Positions 21,025-32,028 of a DNA stretch of 64,000 nucleotides are shown here, one piece after another. The DNA comes from Bacillus thermozeamaize (GTDB lineage Bacteria; Bacillota; Bacilli; ZCTH02-B2). How positions within the stretch are numbered: the first letter of the stretch is position 1; every line of letters begins with the position of its first letter. Made by a program: the position numbers and the translations under genes. Where the stretch lies: contig LZRT01000072.1 in assembly GCA_002159075.1 (NCBI GenBank), positions 7,096 through 71,095 on the forward strand. The letters are read 5' to 3'. The notes beneath the pieces were generated by a model. That model was not told the DNA's origin and ran no database searches. It saw only the letters and a list, made by a program, of their open reading frames with translations.

Positions 21025-21312
21025 ATGCGGCCTTATGAAGTGATGTACATTTTGCGCCCAGACCTGGAGGAAGAGGCCATCAAAGAATTGGTCAGCCGCT
21101 TCCAGGATGTGGTGACAAGCCGCGGTGGAGAAATCACCCAGTTGAACGAAATGGGAAGGCGGCGGCTTGCTTATAAAATCGATCACTTCCGTGAGGGGTA
21201 TTACGTGGTGATGAATTTCAACAGCGACCCGGAAGCTTCGACGGAGCTGGATCGGGTGCTGAAGATTTCAGACGCAGTGATTCGCCACATGATCATCCGG
21301 GATGACGAGTGA
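21025..21312 (+). CDS. rpsF: 30S ribosomal protein S6
   Basis: Starts [17 protein letters not shown]…. AGGAGGTG RBS. Confidence 0.95.
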   Translation: MRPYEVMYILRPDLEEEAIKELVSRFQDVVTSRGGEITQLNEMGRRRLAYKIDHFREGYYVVMNFNSDPEASTELDRVLKISDAVIRHMIIRDDE

Positions 21313-21357
21313 TCAACATGCCTGCCTGACAGGCCGGCGGGGGAATGGGGGAGGAAA

Positions 21358-21828
21358 ATGTTAAACCGCATCATCTTGATCGGGCGCTTGACGAGGGATC
21401 CGGAACTGCGCTATACGGCCAATGGCGTGGCAAGGACCACGTTTACCCTGGCTGTGGATCGTCCCTATACCAATCAGCAGGGCCAGCGGGAAGCCGATTT
21501 TATCAATATTGTGACCTGGCGGCAATTGGCCGAGCTGTGTGCCAATTACCTGCGCAAAGGACGGCTTGCTGCGGTGGAAGGGCGGCTGGAGATCCGCACT
21601 TTTGAAAATAACGAGGGCCAGAGGATTCGTGTGACGGAAGTGGTGGCGGATAACGTACGTTTTCTGGAATCCAGAAGTCAAAGTGCCTCTGGCGGTTCCT
21701 TCGGCGAGACTCCTCCATCCACCGGGTTTGGCGGCCCGCAACCATTTGGCGGCATGGATGACGATGCGGATCCGTTTGCCAATGAGGGAACGCCGATCGA
21801 TATCTCGGAAGACGATTTGCCGTTTTAG
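21358..21828 (+). CDS. ssb: single-stranded DNA-binding protein
   Basis: OB fold, Gly-rich tail and C-terminal DDLPF. Confidence 0.95.
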   Translation: MLNRIILIGRLTRDPELRYTANGVARTTFTLAVDRPYTNQQGQREADFINIVTWRQLAELCANYLRKGRLAAVEGRLEIRTFENNEGQRIRVTEVVADNVRFLESRSQSASGGSFGETPPSTGFGGPQPFGGMDDDADPFANEGTPIDISEDDLPF

Positions 21829-21891
21829 GTTTCAGGATAAATCAATGGAAGCTGTTCAATGAAGTTGTTCAAAAGAAAGGGGGCAGAGTTC

Positions 21892-22122
21892 ATGGCGCGC
21901 AGAGGACGCGGGAACCGGCGGAAAAAGGTTTGTTATTTTACCGTCAATAAGATTGAGAAAATCGACTACAAAGACGTCGAACTCCTGAAGCGGTTTATCA
22001 GCGAGCGCGGAAAAATCCTTCCCCGCCGTGTCACAGGGACCTCTTCCAAGTACCAGCGGAAGCTGACACGGGCCATCAAGCGGGCACGTCAGATGGCCTT
22101 GTTGCCGTACACAAACGAATAA
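21892..22122 (+). CDS. rpsR: 30S ribosomal protein S18
   Basis: Starts [17 protein letters not shown]…. The track ORF start at 21859 is too far upstream. Confidence 0.93.
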   Translation: MARRGRGNRRKKVCYFTVNKIEKIDYKDVELLKRFISERGKILPRRVTGTSSKYQRKLTRAIKRARQMALLPYTNE

Positions 22123-22131
22123 ACGGTCGCC

Positions 22132-22158
22132 AAGGGGACTTCGGTCCCCTTTTCTTTT
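22132..22158 (+). terminator. rho-independent terminator after rpsR
   Basis: AGGGGAC-TTCG-GTCCCCT stem then a T-run. Confidence 0.8.
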
Positions 22159-22229
22159 GCCGCATCGTTGCAGGAATTGGACGATACCTGTGGAAATACA
22201 TAGTACAATGTGTGGCAAGGGGGAAGGCC

Positions 22230-22547
22230 ATGCCGGAAAAACAGGTCTTTATCGCCAAACAACTCAAAGTGGTGGACGGGTTAAAGACGGAGATGGCGGA
22301 GGCGCTGGCATCCCTGTTTCGTGGTTTGCATGAGGCGGATGACGAGGCGATTGTGGAAAACATGGCAGCCATGGTACTGCTCCATTATGCCCTGGCGAGG
22401 CGCTTGGGGATCCCGTTTTACCGGCTGGAAGAAAAGATGTTGGAACAGATCCGCCGGCAAAAGCAGCTTGGGCATCCGCTGGAAGAGTGGTATCAGGATT
22501 GGAGCGTCCTGGAGGAGTACTTGGCCGCCGGAAGGATTGGGGAATAA
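22230..22547 (+). CDS. small acidic hypothetical protein (possibly MazG-like)
   Basis: 105 aa with several EE/EExxE pairs. Sits between rpsR and yybS, where B. subtilis has no gene. Start is uncertain (22212 GTG or 22230 ATG). Confidence 0.45.
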   Translation: MPEKQVFIAKQLKVVDGLKTEMAEALASLFRGLHEADDEAIVENMAAMVLLHYALARRLGIPFYRLEEKMLEQIRRQKQLGHPLEEWYQDWSVLEEYLAAGRIGE

Positions 22548-22562
22548 GTGGGGTGAAGGCTT

Positions 22563-23504
22563 GTGCGCATGGACACCAGAAGATTGACAGAAGGGGCAAT
22601 GGTCAGCGGGATTTATGCCGTCCTCCTTTTGTTGTCCTATTTTACGCCTTTGGGCGTGGTGAGCACGTTGGTGCTGCCCGTTCCGTTTCTCGTCTACGCG
22701 GCACGGCACCGGGCGGGGGACTTGGTGGCGGTGGTCACCGTCTGCACGCTGCTGACCGTGATCCTGGTCGGGCTGCCGTCGGTGTTTCTGCCGCTCTGGT
22801 CGGGGCTTACAGGCGGGGTGATGGGCACGGTCTACCGGCTGCGCCGTGAGGCATACCTTGCTTTTTCAGCCGGGATGGTTGCCACGTTGGTTTCGTTTTT
22901 GTGCATGCTGGTAATTATGAATTTGTTTTTTTCCGTCAATATGCTGCAGGATCTGCGTCAGGCCATGGAGGAATCCCTGCGCATGACCCAGTCCTGGCTG
23001 GAAAGCATGGGACTTGACGTGCCAGAGAATCCGCAGTTGGCACAGTTGCCGGACATGCTCGTCCGGATGTTTCCTTTTCTGCTTTTCTTTTCGTCAGCAA
23101 CCGTCAGCCTGCTGACGCACTGGATCGGGGGAACCGTTTTGCGGCGCCTGGGCACTTCCGCGCCGCGTCTGCCCGCATTCCATACCTGGCGCTTTCCCCG
23201 TCTGTTGCTCTTTCTCTATTTGCCCGTCCTGTTATATATGTTGATCCCTCCATCCTCCCGCGTGGCGGCGTTGGAACCGGTGCTCATCAACCTGCAGGCG
23301 GCTTTTGAAGTGTTGTTTATCATTCAGGGGCTCTCTTTTGTCTTTTTTCTGGCAAAAGCGCGCAACCTGCATAAGTCCGTTCCCGTCCTGGCGGTGGTTG
23401 GCCTGATTCTCCCACCTTTTTCCTTGTTATTTTCCCTGGTGTTGAGTATTCTGGGGATTGTGGATGTGGGTTTTCCGTTGCGCGAGCGGATTTCGTCCCT
23501 TTGA
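22563..23504 (+). CDS. YybS-like DUF2232 integral membrane protein
   Basis: Polytopic membrane protein directly upstream of gdpP, as yybS is in Bacillus. Confidence 0.75.
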   Translation: MRMDTRRLTEGAMVSGIYAVLLLLSYFTPLGVVSTLVLPVPFLVYAARHRAGDLVAVVTVCTLLTVILVGLPSVFLPLWSGLTGGVMGTVYRLRREAYLAFSAGMVATLVSFLCMLVIMNLFFSVNMLQDLRQAMEESLRMTQSWLESMGLDVPENPQLAQLPDMLVRMFPFLLFFSSATVSLLTHWIGGTVLRRLGTSAPRLPAFHTWRFPRLLLFLYLPVLLYMLIPPSSRVAALEPVLINLQAAFEVLFIIQGLSFVFFLAKARNLHKSVPVLAVVGLILPPFSLLFSLVLSILGIVDVGFPLRERISSL

Positions 23505-23507
23505 GCG

Positions 23508-25514
23508 GTGTCATCCCTTGAATTTAAAGGAGGTCAAAGGGTGCCTGAGTTTATTCATCGGCGCTGGCATGGATTGCATATGATCCTGGCCTTTGTGCTC
23601 CTGGCCATCTTGACCATCCTCTTGTTTTTGTATCATTGGCTGTATCTCTGGGTGGGGGGAATGGCCATTCTCGGATTGGCCATCTACGCCTGGTACGCGG
23701 AAAAATCGTTTCGCGAAGACTTCATCGGCTATGTCGCCACCTTGACCTACCGGATTCGCCGCGCTGGTGACAAGGTGGTCCAGCGCACGCCGGTCGGGAT
23801 GATCCTTTTCAACGAGGAAGGGGTTGTGGAGTGGCACAATCCTTTCATCAGTGAGCTCCTGCAGATTCCCAATTTCGTCAGCGTGCCGCTGCTTGAGGTG
23901 TTGCCGGTGCTGGCGGGGAAGCTTGGGGAAGACGGACGGCACCAGATCACCTGGCGCAAACAGGTGCTGGACGTGCAGGTATACGCGGAGGAACGGCTCC
24001 TTTTCGTCAGTGATGTCACGGAATTTGCCCGGCTCAAGGAGCGGTACCAGCAGGAACAGGTGGCGATCGGCATCGTCCAGATCGACAACCTGGAAGAAGT
24101 TTCCCAGGGGATGGATGAGAAAAACCACACCTTGCTGCTGGCCGAGGTGACGCGGACGATTACCGACTGGGCGGCGGAATATTCCATGTTCATCCGGCGC
24201 CTGACCAACGACAAGTTTCTCGTCGTCACGGATCTGGAGCACCTGCAAAAGCTGCAGGAAGATCGGTTTCAGATTATCGATCGGGTACGGGAGATGACGC
24301 AGAATCAACCGATTCCCTTTACGCTGAGCATCGGTTTCGGGGCGGGAGGCAGGTCCGCCCCGGAAGTGGGCCAGATGGCTTCTTCCAGCTTGGAGATTGC
24401 CCTTGGCCGCGGCGGCGATCAGGCGGCGGTGCGGATCGGTGAGAAACTGACCTTTTACGGCGGAAAGTCCAGCGCGGTGGAGAAGCGAACGCGCGTCCGC
24501 GCCCGTGTCATCTCGCATGCGATGCGGAACCTCATTCTGGAAAGCGATTTGGTCCTCATCATGGGCCACAAGTTTCCCGATCTGGATGCCCTTGGCGCAG
24601 CCATCGGGGTGCTAAAGGCGGTGCTGTTGAACGACAAGCGGGGGTATATCGTCCTGGATGAGCCCAATCCGGCGATCGACAAGTTGCTCCACTGGATCAA
24701 GGAGGATGAGAGCCTCTCCCAGGCACTGATCACCCCGGATGAAGCTTTTTACCTCTGCACACCGCGCACCCTGCTGGTGATGGTGGACAATCACCGGCCT
24801 GCCATGGCGATTGATTCCCGCCTCCTGCAGCAGACGCGGCGGGTGATGGTGATTGACCATCACCGGCGCAGCGATGACATGGTCGAGGATCCGCTGCTGT
24901 TGTACATTGAGCCGTATGCCTCATCCACCTGCGAACTGGTCACCGAACTGCTCCAGTACCAGGCGGGCGACGCCCGTCTGAGCCGCCTGGAGGCCACCGC
25001 CCTGCTGGCAGGGATCGTCGTGGATACGAAAAACTTTCACTTCCGGACCGGCGTGCGCACCTTCGAGGCTGCTTCCTTCCTGCGGCGCCACGGCGCGGAG
25101 CCGGAAATCTGCCAGCGCCTGCTGAAAGAGGATTTGGGCCAATTCCTGCGGCGCATGGAGCTGCTGCAGAAGACCGAGCTCCTGCACGGCGGAATGGCCC
25201 TGGCCACCGGCCAGGAAGAGAAGACGTACGAACAGCTTTTGATTGCCCAGGCGGCCGACAGCCTGCTGACCTTGGAAGGCGTGAAAGCCTCCTTTGTGAT
25301 TGCCAGGCGGCCGGATGGCCTGATCAACATCAGCGCCCGTTCCTGGGGCGAGGTGAACGTACAGGTGATCATGGAGCGGATGGGCGGCGGCGGTCACTTG
25401 ACCAATGCGGCGGCACAGGTGTCCGAAGGAAGTATCCAGTCCGTCAGCCAAAAGCTGCGGCAGGTGCTGGAGGAATTTCAGCTGGAACAAGCAGTGAAAG
25501 GGGATGATGGGTGA
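23508..25514 (+). CDS. gdpP: cyclic-di-AMP phosphodiesterase GdpP (YybT)
   Basis: Two N-terminal TM helices, a degenerate GGDEF region and DHH/DHHA1 domains (…DHHR… motif). 668 aa. Confidence 0.9.
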   Translation: MSSLEFKGGQRVPEFIHRRWHGLHMILAFVLLAILTILLFLYHWLYLWVGGMAILGLAIYAWYAEKSFREDFIGYVATLTYRIRRAGDKVVQRTPVGMILFNEEGVVEWHNPFISELLQIPNFVSVPLLEVLPVLAGKLGEDGRHQITWRKQVLDVQVYAEERLLFVSDVTEFARLKERYQQEQVAIGIVQIDNLEEVSQGMDEKNHTLLLAEVTRTITDWAAEYSMFIRRLTNDKFLVVTDLEHLQKLQEDRFQIIDRVREMTQNQPIPFTLSIGFGAGGRSAPEVGQMASSSLEIALGRGGDQAAVRIGEKLTFYGGKSSAVEKRTRVRARVISHAMRNLILESDLVLIMGHKFPDLDALGAAIGVLKAVLLNDKRGYIVLDEPNPAIDKLLHWIKEDESLSQALITPDEAFYLCTPRTLLVMVDNHRPAMAIDSRLLQQTRRVMVIDHHRRSDDMVEDPLLLYIEPYASSTCELVTELLQYQAGDARLSRLEATALLAGIVVDTKNFHFRTGVRTFEAASFLRRHGAEPEICQRLLKEDLGQFLRRMELLQKTELLHGGMALATGQEEKTYEQLLIAQAADSLLTLEGVKASFVIARRPDGLINISARSWGEVNVQVIMERMGGGGHLTNAAAQVSEGSIQSVSQKLRQVLEEFQLEQAVKGDDG

Positions 25515-25957
25515 TGAAAGTGATTTTTAAGGCGGATGTCAAGGGACAGGGAAAAAAGGGAGAGGTGAAAGAGGTCTCTGACGGTTACGCGCGCAACTAC
25601 CTGATTCCCCGCGGGTTGGCCGTGGAAGCCACCGAGGGCAACCTGAAGCAACTGGCCTCGCAAAAAGAAAAAGAGGCCGAGCGCAAGGCGCAGCAGAAGG
25701 CGGCTGCGCAAGAAGTGGCCGCGAAGTTGAACGAGATGGTGCTGACGATCAAGGCCAAGGCGGGAGAAGGCGGGCGGCTTTTCGGCGCCGTCACGGCCAA
25801 GCGGCTGGCGGAAGAGCTGGCCTCGCAGGGCGTGAAGGTGGACCGGAAAACGATCCAGCTTCCTGAACCGATTCGGGAACTGGGAACCACACAAGTGGAA
25901 ATCCGCCTGTTTCCCGGTGTCCAGGCCATGCTGTGCGTCCAGGTGGTCAAGGAGTAA
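25514..25957 (+). CDS. rplI: 50S ribosomal protein L9
   Basis: Starts [21 protein letters not shown]…. 148 aa. Confidence 0.95.
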   Translation: MKVIFKADVKGQGKKGEVKEVSDGYARNYLIPRGLAVEATEGNLKQLASQKEKEAERKAQQKAAAQEVAAKLNEMVLTIKAKAGEGGRLFGAVTAKRLAEELASQGVKVDRKTIQLPEPIRELGTTQVEIRLFPGVQAMLCVQVVKE

Positions 25958-25962
25958 ACGGC

Positions 25963-27309
25963 ATGAGCGACGTGTTTCTGGATCGCATGCCGCCGCAGAA
26001 CATCGAGGCGGAACAGTCGGTGCTCGGCGCCATCCTGATTGATCCGGATGCGCTTTTTGCGGTGATGGAAACATTGCGCCCGGAGGATTTTTACCGGCCA
26101 GCCCACCAGAAGATCTTCCAGGCCATGTGCCGCCTGCTGGAGGAAGGCGAACCCGTGGATCTGGTGACCGTCACCGCCGCCTTGCAGGACAAAGGGGAAC
26201 TGGAGGAGGTGGGCGGCATCTCGTACCTCAGCGAACTGGCCACCTCCGTCCCCACCGCTGCCAACGTTCACAGTTACGCGCAGATTGTCGAGGAAAAGGC
26301 GATGTTGCGGCGCCTGATCGCCGCCGCTACCCAGATCGCCAGCGCCGGTTATTCCGGCGGGGAGGATGCCCGCGTCATCCTGGATGAAGCGGAACGGCGC
26401 ATCCTGGAAATTTCGCAGCGCCGCCATGCGGCAGGCTTCCTCAACATCAAGGATGTGATCATGCAGGCGTATGAACGCATCGAAATGCTCTATACCAACA
26501 AGGGAGGCGTGACCGGGCTGCCCACCGGCTACCCGGACCTGGACCGGATGACTTCCGGTTTTCAGAAGTCGGACCTGATCATTGTCGCCGCCCGTCCCAG
26601 TGTCGGGAAAACCGCTTTCGCTTTGAACGTGGCGCAGAATGTGGCCATTCAGGCCCAGGTACCGGTCGCCATCTTCAGTCTCGAGATGCCGGCCATTCAG
26701 TTGGTACAGCGGATGCTCAGCGCGGAAGGGAACATCGATTCCCACCGGTTGCGCACCGGCTACCTGGAACCGGCCGACTGGGAAAAGCTCACCCTGGCGA
26801 TGACCAACCTGGCGGAAGCGCCCATTTTCATTGACGATACCCCGCACCTGACTGTTTTCGACATCCGCGCCAAATGCCGGCGCCTGAAGGCGGAACAGGG
26901 ACTCGGCCTGGTCGTCATTGACTACCTGCAACTGATCAGCGGCCGCGGGGGGGATAACCGGCAGCAGGAGATTTCGGACATCTCGCGCAGCCTCAAAGGC
27001 ATCGCCCGCGAGCTGGAGGTGCCGGTGATCGCCCTTTCGCAGCTCAGCCGGGCCGTCGAGCAGCGCCAGGACAAACGGCCCATGCTCTCGGATATCCGCG
27101 AATCGGGCAGCATTGAGCAGGATGCCGATGTGGTGGCCTTCCTCTACCGGGACGATTACTACAACCCCGAAACGGACCGGCCCAATATCGTGGAAATCTT
27201 GATCGCCAAGCAACGCAACGGGCCCACCGGCAAGGTGGAGCTGTTGTACCTGAAAAATTTCAACAAATTTGTCAGTCTGGAGCGCAACGCGGAACCGGTC
27301 GGCGCCTGA
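25963..27309 (+). CDS. dnaB: replicative DNA helicase (DnaB family; dnaC in B. subtilis nomenclature)
   Basis: Starts MSDVFLDRMPPQNIEAEQSVLG…. Walker A ARPSVGKTAF and RecA-like fold. The track start at 25933 overlaps rplI. Confidence 0.93.
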   Translation: MSDVFLDRMPPQNIEAEQSVLGAILIDPDALFAVMETLRPEDFYRPAHQKIFQAMCRLLEEGEPVDLVTVTAALQDKGELEEVGGISYLSELATSVPTAANVHSYAQIVEEKAMLRRLIAAATQIASAGYSGGEDARVILDEAERRILEISQRRHAAGFLNIKDVIMQAYERIEMLYTNKGGVTGLPTGYPDLDRMTSGFQKSDLIIVAARPSVGKTAFALNVAQNVAIQAQVPVAIFSLEMPAIQLVQRMLSAEGNIDSHRLRTGYLEPADWEKLTLAMTNLAEAPIFIDDTPHLTVFDIRAKCRRLKAEQGLGLVVIDYLQLISGRGGDNRQQEISDISRSLKGIARELEVPVIALSQLSRAVEQRQDKRPMLSDIRESGSIEQDADVVAFLYRDDYYNPETDRPNIVEILIAKQRNGPTGKVELLYLKNFNKFVSLERNAEPVGA

Positions 27310-27435
27310 GAATACGTTGGTGCGCAAATACCGAACGGTATTGGACGAGCATGTCCAGAACGTTCGGTATTTTGCTTGTGCGCCCATTTCCGTTGTGCTA
27401 CACTGAAGGGGTAATAACCACACAGGGGGTAAAAC

Positions 27436-28722
27436 ATGGCTACCGTTGTCGTCGTAGGGACCCAGTGGGGAGACGAGGGAAAAGGAAAAATCACCGACTA
27501 CCTGGCTGAAAAAGCGGAAGTGGTGGCGCGTTACCAGGGCGGAGACAACGCCGGGCACACCATTTCCTTAAACGGGAAAACCTATAAACTGCACCTGATT
27601 CCGTCCGGCATCTTTTATCCAGACAAACTTTGCGTCATCGGGAACGGGATGGTGGTCAATCCGGCCACATTGGTCCAGGAGATCGCATACATCCATGAAC
27701 AGGGGTTTTCGACGTCCAACCTCAAAATCAGCAACCGCGCCCACCTGATCATGCCCTATCACTTGCGGCTGGATCAGCTCCAGGAAAAGCAAAAGGGCAG
27801 CCAGAAGATCGGCACCACCGGCCGGGGCATCGGCCCTGCCTACATGGACAAGGCGGCCCGTGTCGGCATCCGGGTGGCCGATTTGCTGGAACCGGAGGAA
27901 TTCCGGGCCAAGCTGGAGCGAAACCTGAAGGAAAAAAATCACCTGCTGGAACGGGTCTACGAGAGCGAAGGATTCGACTTTGACGAAATATACCATGCCT
28001 ACATGCATTATGCGGAGATCATTGCCCCCTATGTCACAGACACCTCGGTGGTCCTCAACGAGGCGATTGACGCGGGGCGCCGTGTCCTTTTTGAAGGGGC
28101 GCAAGGGGTGATGCTGGACATTGACCAGGGCACCTATCCTTTTGTCACCTCTTCCAATCCGGTGGCCGGGGGTGTGACCATCGGCTCCGGCGTCGGGCCG
28201 ACCAAGATTCACCACGTCATCGGCGTGGCCAAGGCATACACCAGCCGCGTCGGCGACGGTCCCTTTCCGACCGAGCTGCATGACGAAATCGGCGAACGAA
28301 TCCGCGAAGTCGGACGGGAATACGGCACCACCACGGGCCGGCCGCGCAGGGTGGGATGGTTTGACAGCGTCATCGTCCGCCACGCCCGCCGGGTCAGCGG
28401 GATTACCGGCCTGGCGCTGAACTCCATTGACGTGTTGACCGGCATCCCCACGCTCAAGGTCTGCGTCGCCTACCGCTATCGCGGCAAGCAGCTGGAACAT
28501 TTCCCGGCCAGTCTCAACGTGCTCCGCGAATGTGAGCCGATCTACGAAGAGTTGCCTGGCTGGACCGAGGACATCAGCGGTGTCCGCTCGCTGGATGAGC
28601 TGCCGCTCAACGCCCGCCACTACGTGGAGCGGATCACCCAGTTGACCGGCATCCCGCTGGTTACATTTTCCGTGGGCCCCGGCCGCGAGCAGACATGCCT
28701 GGTGCGGGGCGTCTACGCCTGA
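27436..28722 (+). CDS. purA: adenylosuccinate synthetase
   Basis: Starts [17 protein letters not shown]. 428 aa. Confidence 0.95.
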   Translation: MATVVVVGTQWGDEGKGKITDYLAEKAEVVARYQGGDNAGHTISLNGKTYKLHLIPSGIFYPDKLCVIGNGMVVNPATLVQEIAYIHEQGFSTSNLKISNRAHLIMPYHLRLDQLQEKQKGSQKIGTTGRGIGPAYMDKAARVGIRVADLLEPEEFRAKLERNLKEKNHLLERVYESEGFDFDEIYHAYMHYAEIIAPYVTDTSVVLNEAIDAGRRVLFEGAQGVMLDIDQGTYPFVTSSNPVAGGVTIGSGVGPTKIHHVIGVAKAYTSRVGDGPFPTELHDEIGERIREVGREYGTTTGRPRRVGWFDSVIVRHARRVSGITGLALNSIDVLTGIPTLKVCVAYRYRGKQLEHFPASLNVLRECEPIYEELPGWTEDISGVRSLDELPLNARHYVERITQLTGIPLVTFSVGPGREQTCLVRGVYA

Positions 28723-28848
28723 ATGATCTGATGGCATCACCTGATGGAATGACCTGATGGAATCAATTCCCTGAAGACAAGCGATTGATCCTCATTTCCG
28801 GATGTGGTAAGCTGTGGCCATTCATGGGGAAATCTTGAGGAGGATGGG

Positions 28849-30300
28849 ATGAGACCGGAGGAGAAACGGGAGCAGGTAGAGGAGCGGTTGCCAGACATCA
28901 AGCGTTTTCTTGAACAATACAAAAAGCAGTTTCTGATCGGTTTGGGAACGGTAACCATGGCCGGCGCCGTCACCTTTGGCGGGTACCAGTACATCCAGGC
29001 GCAAAGCGTCCCGCTGTATCCGGTGCTGGTGGGGGACGAGGTGATCGGCACGGTGAGCGATCCGGACGTCGTCCAGAACTGGCTCCAAAAGCAGTATGCG
29101 GCTGCGAGGGAGGAGGCCGGGAGAGCGGATCTCGCCCTGACACAGGCCGTCACCGTTTCGGAGCCGAAGTGGGTATACAAGGGGCAGAGCCAGGATGCCG
29201 AGGTTCTGAAGGTGCTGAAACAGAAGGTGGCTGTCCAGGCTAAAGGGGTGCAACTGGTCATCGACGGGCGGCCAGTGGCTGTCGTGACTGACCAGGAAAG
29301 CCTCGATCGGTTGCTCGGCGCATACCGGCAGCGCTATTCCGGCGAGCTGGCGCGGACGCCGCACACGGATCGCAGTGCCCGCGGCAACAGCAGGACCGTG
29401 GTGAAAGAAGTGGCGTTTGTCCAATCGGTTGCCACCAGGGAGGTAGCGGTTGACCCGGACGAGGTGATGGAGCCGCAGCAGGTCGCCCGGTTGCTTGAGG
29501 CCGGCACGCTGGCGGGGCGGAAACATACCGTCCGGGAAGGGGAGTCTTTGTGGACCATCGCTTCCCGCTACGACACCACCGTCCAGCAGTTGCTGGAGAA
29601 CAATCCCGGCTTGGATGAGAACTCCCGGCTGCAGCCAGGACAGGAACTGGTGGTCACGGCCAAGGTGCCGCTCCTGTCAGTGCGTATTGTGGAAGAGACG
29701 AAGGAGATCCAGACGGTTCCCTTTGCCACAGAGGTTGTGGAAGAGCCGGCCATGCTGAAAGGTGAGCAGAAAGTACTCCGCGAGGGCAAGCATGGAACGA
29801 AGCAGGTTACATACGAAGTGACGAAGATCAACGGCCAGATCCAAACCAAGCGTCCGATCAAGGAGCAGATCATGGAAGAGCCCCAGAATCGGGTGATCGC
29901 CAAGGGAACCAAGGTGGTGGCCGATCGGGGCAGCGGCGTCTTTCGTTGGCCGACGGTCGGCGGTTATATCAGCAGCCGTTACGGCATGCGTGACGGGCGG
30001 TTACACGCCGGCATCGATATCGCCCGTCCTTCCAGCTACAGCATCCTGGCGGCCGACAACGGGCGCGTGGTGTTTGCAGGCTGGGATGGCGGTTACGGCA
30101 AGAGCGTGATCATCGATCACCGCAACGGATACCGCACCCGTTATGCCCACTTGAGCTCTATCAACGTGCGGGTGGGCCAGGTCGTGGAACGGGGCCAGAA
30201 AATTGGCGTCATGGGCTCCACCGGGCACTCCACCGGGACGCACCTGCACTTTGAAGTGCTGAAAAACGGCCGCCCGATCAATCCGTTAGAGATGTTATAA
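28849..30300 (+). CDS. secreted/membrane-anchored M23 metalloendopeptidase with LysM and G5 domains
   Basis: LysM (…HTVREGESLWTIASRYDTTVQQLLENNPGL…), a G5-like segment, and C-terminal M23 motifs (…HAGIDIA…, …HLHFEV…). GAGGAGGA RBS. Confidence 0.8.
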   Translation: MRPEEKREQVEERLPDIKRFLEQYKKQFLIGLGTVTMAGAVTFGGYQYIQAQSVPLYPVLVGDEVIGTVSDPDVVQNWLQKQYAAAREEAGRADLALTQAVTVSEPKWVYKGQSQDAEVLKVLKQKVAVQAKGVQLVIDGRPVAVVTDQESLDRLLGAYRQRYSGELARTPHTDRSARGNSRTVVKEVAFVQSVATREVAVDPDEVMEPQQVARLLEAGTLAGRKHTVREGESLWTIASRYDTTVQQLLENNPGLDENSRLQPGQELVVTAKVPLLSVRIVEETKEIQTVPFATEVVEEPAMLKGEQKVLREGKHGTKQVTYEVTKINGQIQTKRPIKEQIMEEPQNRVIAKGTKVVADRGSGVFRWPTVGGYISSRYGMRDGRLHAGIDIARPSSYSILAADNGRVVFAGWDGGYGKSVIIDHRNGYRTRYAHLSSINVRVGQVVERGQKIGVMGSTGHSTGTHLHFEVLKNGRPINPLEML

Positions 30301-30323
30301 GATGTTGTAAGAGGATAGAGTCA

Positions 30324-30354
30324 GATGACGGTTTTTAGCCCGTCATCTTTTTTT
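30324..30354 (+). terminator. rho-independent terminator after the M23 peptidase gene
   Basis: GATGACGG…CCGTCATC stem followed by TTTTTTT. Confidence 0.75.
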
Positions 30355-30448
30355 GTCGTCTTTTTTTGCATGAATCTGGTCCTGACCTGCCTGCGAACCG
30401 GTATGGTACAATGGAGACAACCGATTGGAGGGACGGGAGGGAGAGGAG

Positions 30449-31330
30449 ATGCGTGCCGCATTCGGACGCCGGTGGATAGGTGTGGTTTTGGCTTTTTTGA
30501 CGGGGGTGGCCTTGGTGTCCGCCGTGTACAAGCTGCCGCTGGCCCAACCGGCATTCCGCCAGGCCAACCAGCTGATGGAGCAACAATTCCGGTATGCCGG
30601 CTGGGAGAAAGCCGCCTCGGACCACTTTATCCTCTCCTACCTGCCAGAGGATGAGCCGTACGCCGGGCTGGTACTGGCCGAGGCGGAGACGGTCTACCGG
30701 GAATTTGCCAAGCAGTTCCGGTTTGCCCCGCAAAAGCCGGTGCCGCTGGTCCTGTACGCGCACCACGAACAGATGCAAGAACGGTTTGGCTGGCCCGCTT
30801 CGGAAAAAGCGAGCGGGGTTTATTACGGCGGTGTCATCTACCTGTTGTCCCCGCGGGTCTTGCTTCCTGATACCGGAGCCGCTTCCCCGGGTGGGCGGGA
30901 GCTGGCCGAATGGTACCACCATGAGGGGCCGCTGGTCCATGAATACACCCATCTGTACCTGGACATGCTGGCCAACAACAATTTTCCCCGCTGGTACACG
31001 GAGGGATTGGCGCAGCTGGTGGAATATGAGATGATTGGGTATGAATGGGTGAGCCTGGACAACCGGCTGAATCAGCAGCCCCTCTATCCCTTCGACCAGC
31101 TGCACCGTGACTTTGACAAGCTGGAAAATGTGGCGCTGGCCTACCGCCAGTCCTTTAAATGGGTGCAATTCATGAAACAGGTGCACGGTGAGGAGGCGCT
31201 GGTGAGGTTTCATCAACAGCTGGCCCGCCAGATTCCCTTTGAACGGGCCTGGGAAGAGGTGTTTGGCCAATCCCTGGAACGTTCCTATGACATCTGGCTG
31301 AACGAGGTTCGGAAGGGGGGAAGTGCATGA
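30449..31330 (+). CDS. membrane-anchored putative zinc metallopeptidase (HExxH)
   Basis: N-terminal TM helix and a …[11 protein letters not shown]… HExxH motif. GGGAGGGAGAGGAG RBS. Lies directly upstream of walR. Confidence 0.55.
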   Translation: MRAAFGRRWIGVVLAFLTGVALVSAVYKLPLAQPAFRQANQLMEQQFRYAGWEKAASDHFILSYLPEDEPYAGLVLAEAETVYREFAKQFRFAPQKPVPLVLYAHHEQMQERFGWPASEKASGVYYGGVIYLLSPRVLLPDTGAASPGGRELAEWYHHEGPLVHEYTHLYLDMLANNNFPRWYTEGLAQLVEYEMIGYEWVSLDNRLNQQPLYPFDQLHRDFDKLENVALAYRQSFKWVQFMKQVHGEEALVRFHQQLARQIPFERAWEEVFGQSLERSYDIWLNEVRKGGSA

Positions 31331-32028
31331 AGCGGATCCTGGTTGTGGATGATGAACAGCCGATTGCCGAGATCCTGAAATACACCTTGGAGCGGGAAGG
31401 ATATCACGTGGATTGCGCCTACGACGGGAAGGAAGCGGTGGAAAAGGCGTTGACCGGCTCTCCCGATCTGGTGCTGCTGGACGTGATGTTGCCGGAATTG
31501 GACGGGTTTGAAGTGTGCCGGCAGATCCGCCACAAGAAGCAAATGCCGATCATCATGCTGACCGCCAAGGACAGCGAGGTGGACAAGGTGCTGGGGCTGG
31601 AGATTGGTGCCGACGACTACGTCACCAAGCCCTTCAGCAACCGGGAGCTGCTGGCCCGCGTCAAGGCCAATCTGCGCCGCTACGAGACGGGAAGCTCCCT
31701 GCATGAGGCCAGGGTGAGGAAGATCGGCGAACTGGAGCTCAACCTTTCTTCCTACACCGTCACCAAGCGTGGAAAACCGCTGGATTTGACGCACCGGGAG
31801 TTTGAGCTGCTGGAGTATATGAGTCAGCGCCCCGGACAGGTGTTGACGCGGGAGCAATTGTTGCAGGATGTATGGGGATACGACTATTTCGGCGACGTTC
31901 GCACGGTCGACGTGACCATTCGCCGCCTGCGTGAAAAGATCGAGGACGATCCCAGCAGCCCCGAGTACATCCTGACGCGCCGGGGCGTCGGCTATTACCT
32001 GCAGGAGCCGGGGAGGCAAAATGCGTGA
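31327..32028 (+). CDS. walR: OmpR-family response regulator WalR (YycF)
   Basis: Receiver domain with the phospho-acceptor Asp (…[19 protein letters not shown]…) and a winged-helix C-terminus. Followed by walK/H/I/J as in Bacillus. Confidence 0.92.
   Translation: MKRILVVDDEQPIAEILKYTLEREGYHVDCAYDGKEAVEKALTGSPDLVLLDVMLPELDGFEVCRQIRHKKQMPIIMLTAKDSEVDKVLGLEIGADDYVTKPFSNRELLARVKANLRRYETGSSLHEARVRKIGELELNLSSYTVTKRGKPLDLTHREFELLEYMSQRPGQVLTREQLLQDVWGYDYFGDVRTVDVTIRRLREKIEDDPSSPEYILTRRGVGYYLQEPGRQNA

Noticed and set aside
25597-27558. 653-aa minus-strand ORF spanning rplI and dnaB
   Set aside because: It is antisense to two highly conserved essential genes and would also overlap the purA promoter region.
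28723-28848. Possible WalR box upstream of the M23 peptidase gene
   Set aside because: I looked for TGTWAH-N5-TGTWAH. Only a TGATGG direct repeat with 13-bp periodicity is present, which does not fit the WalR consensus.
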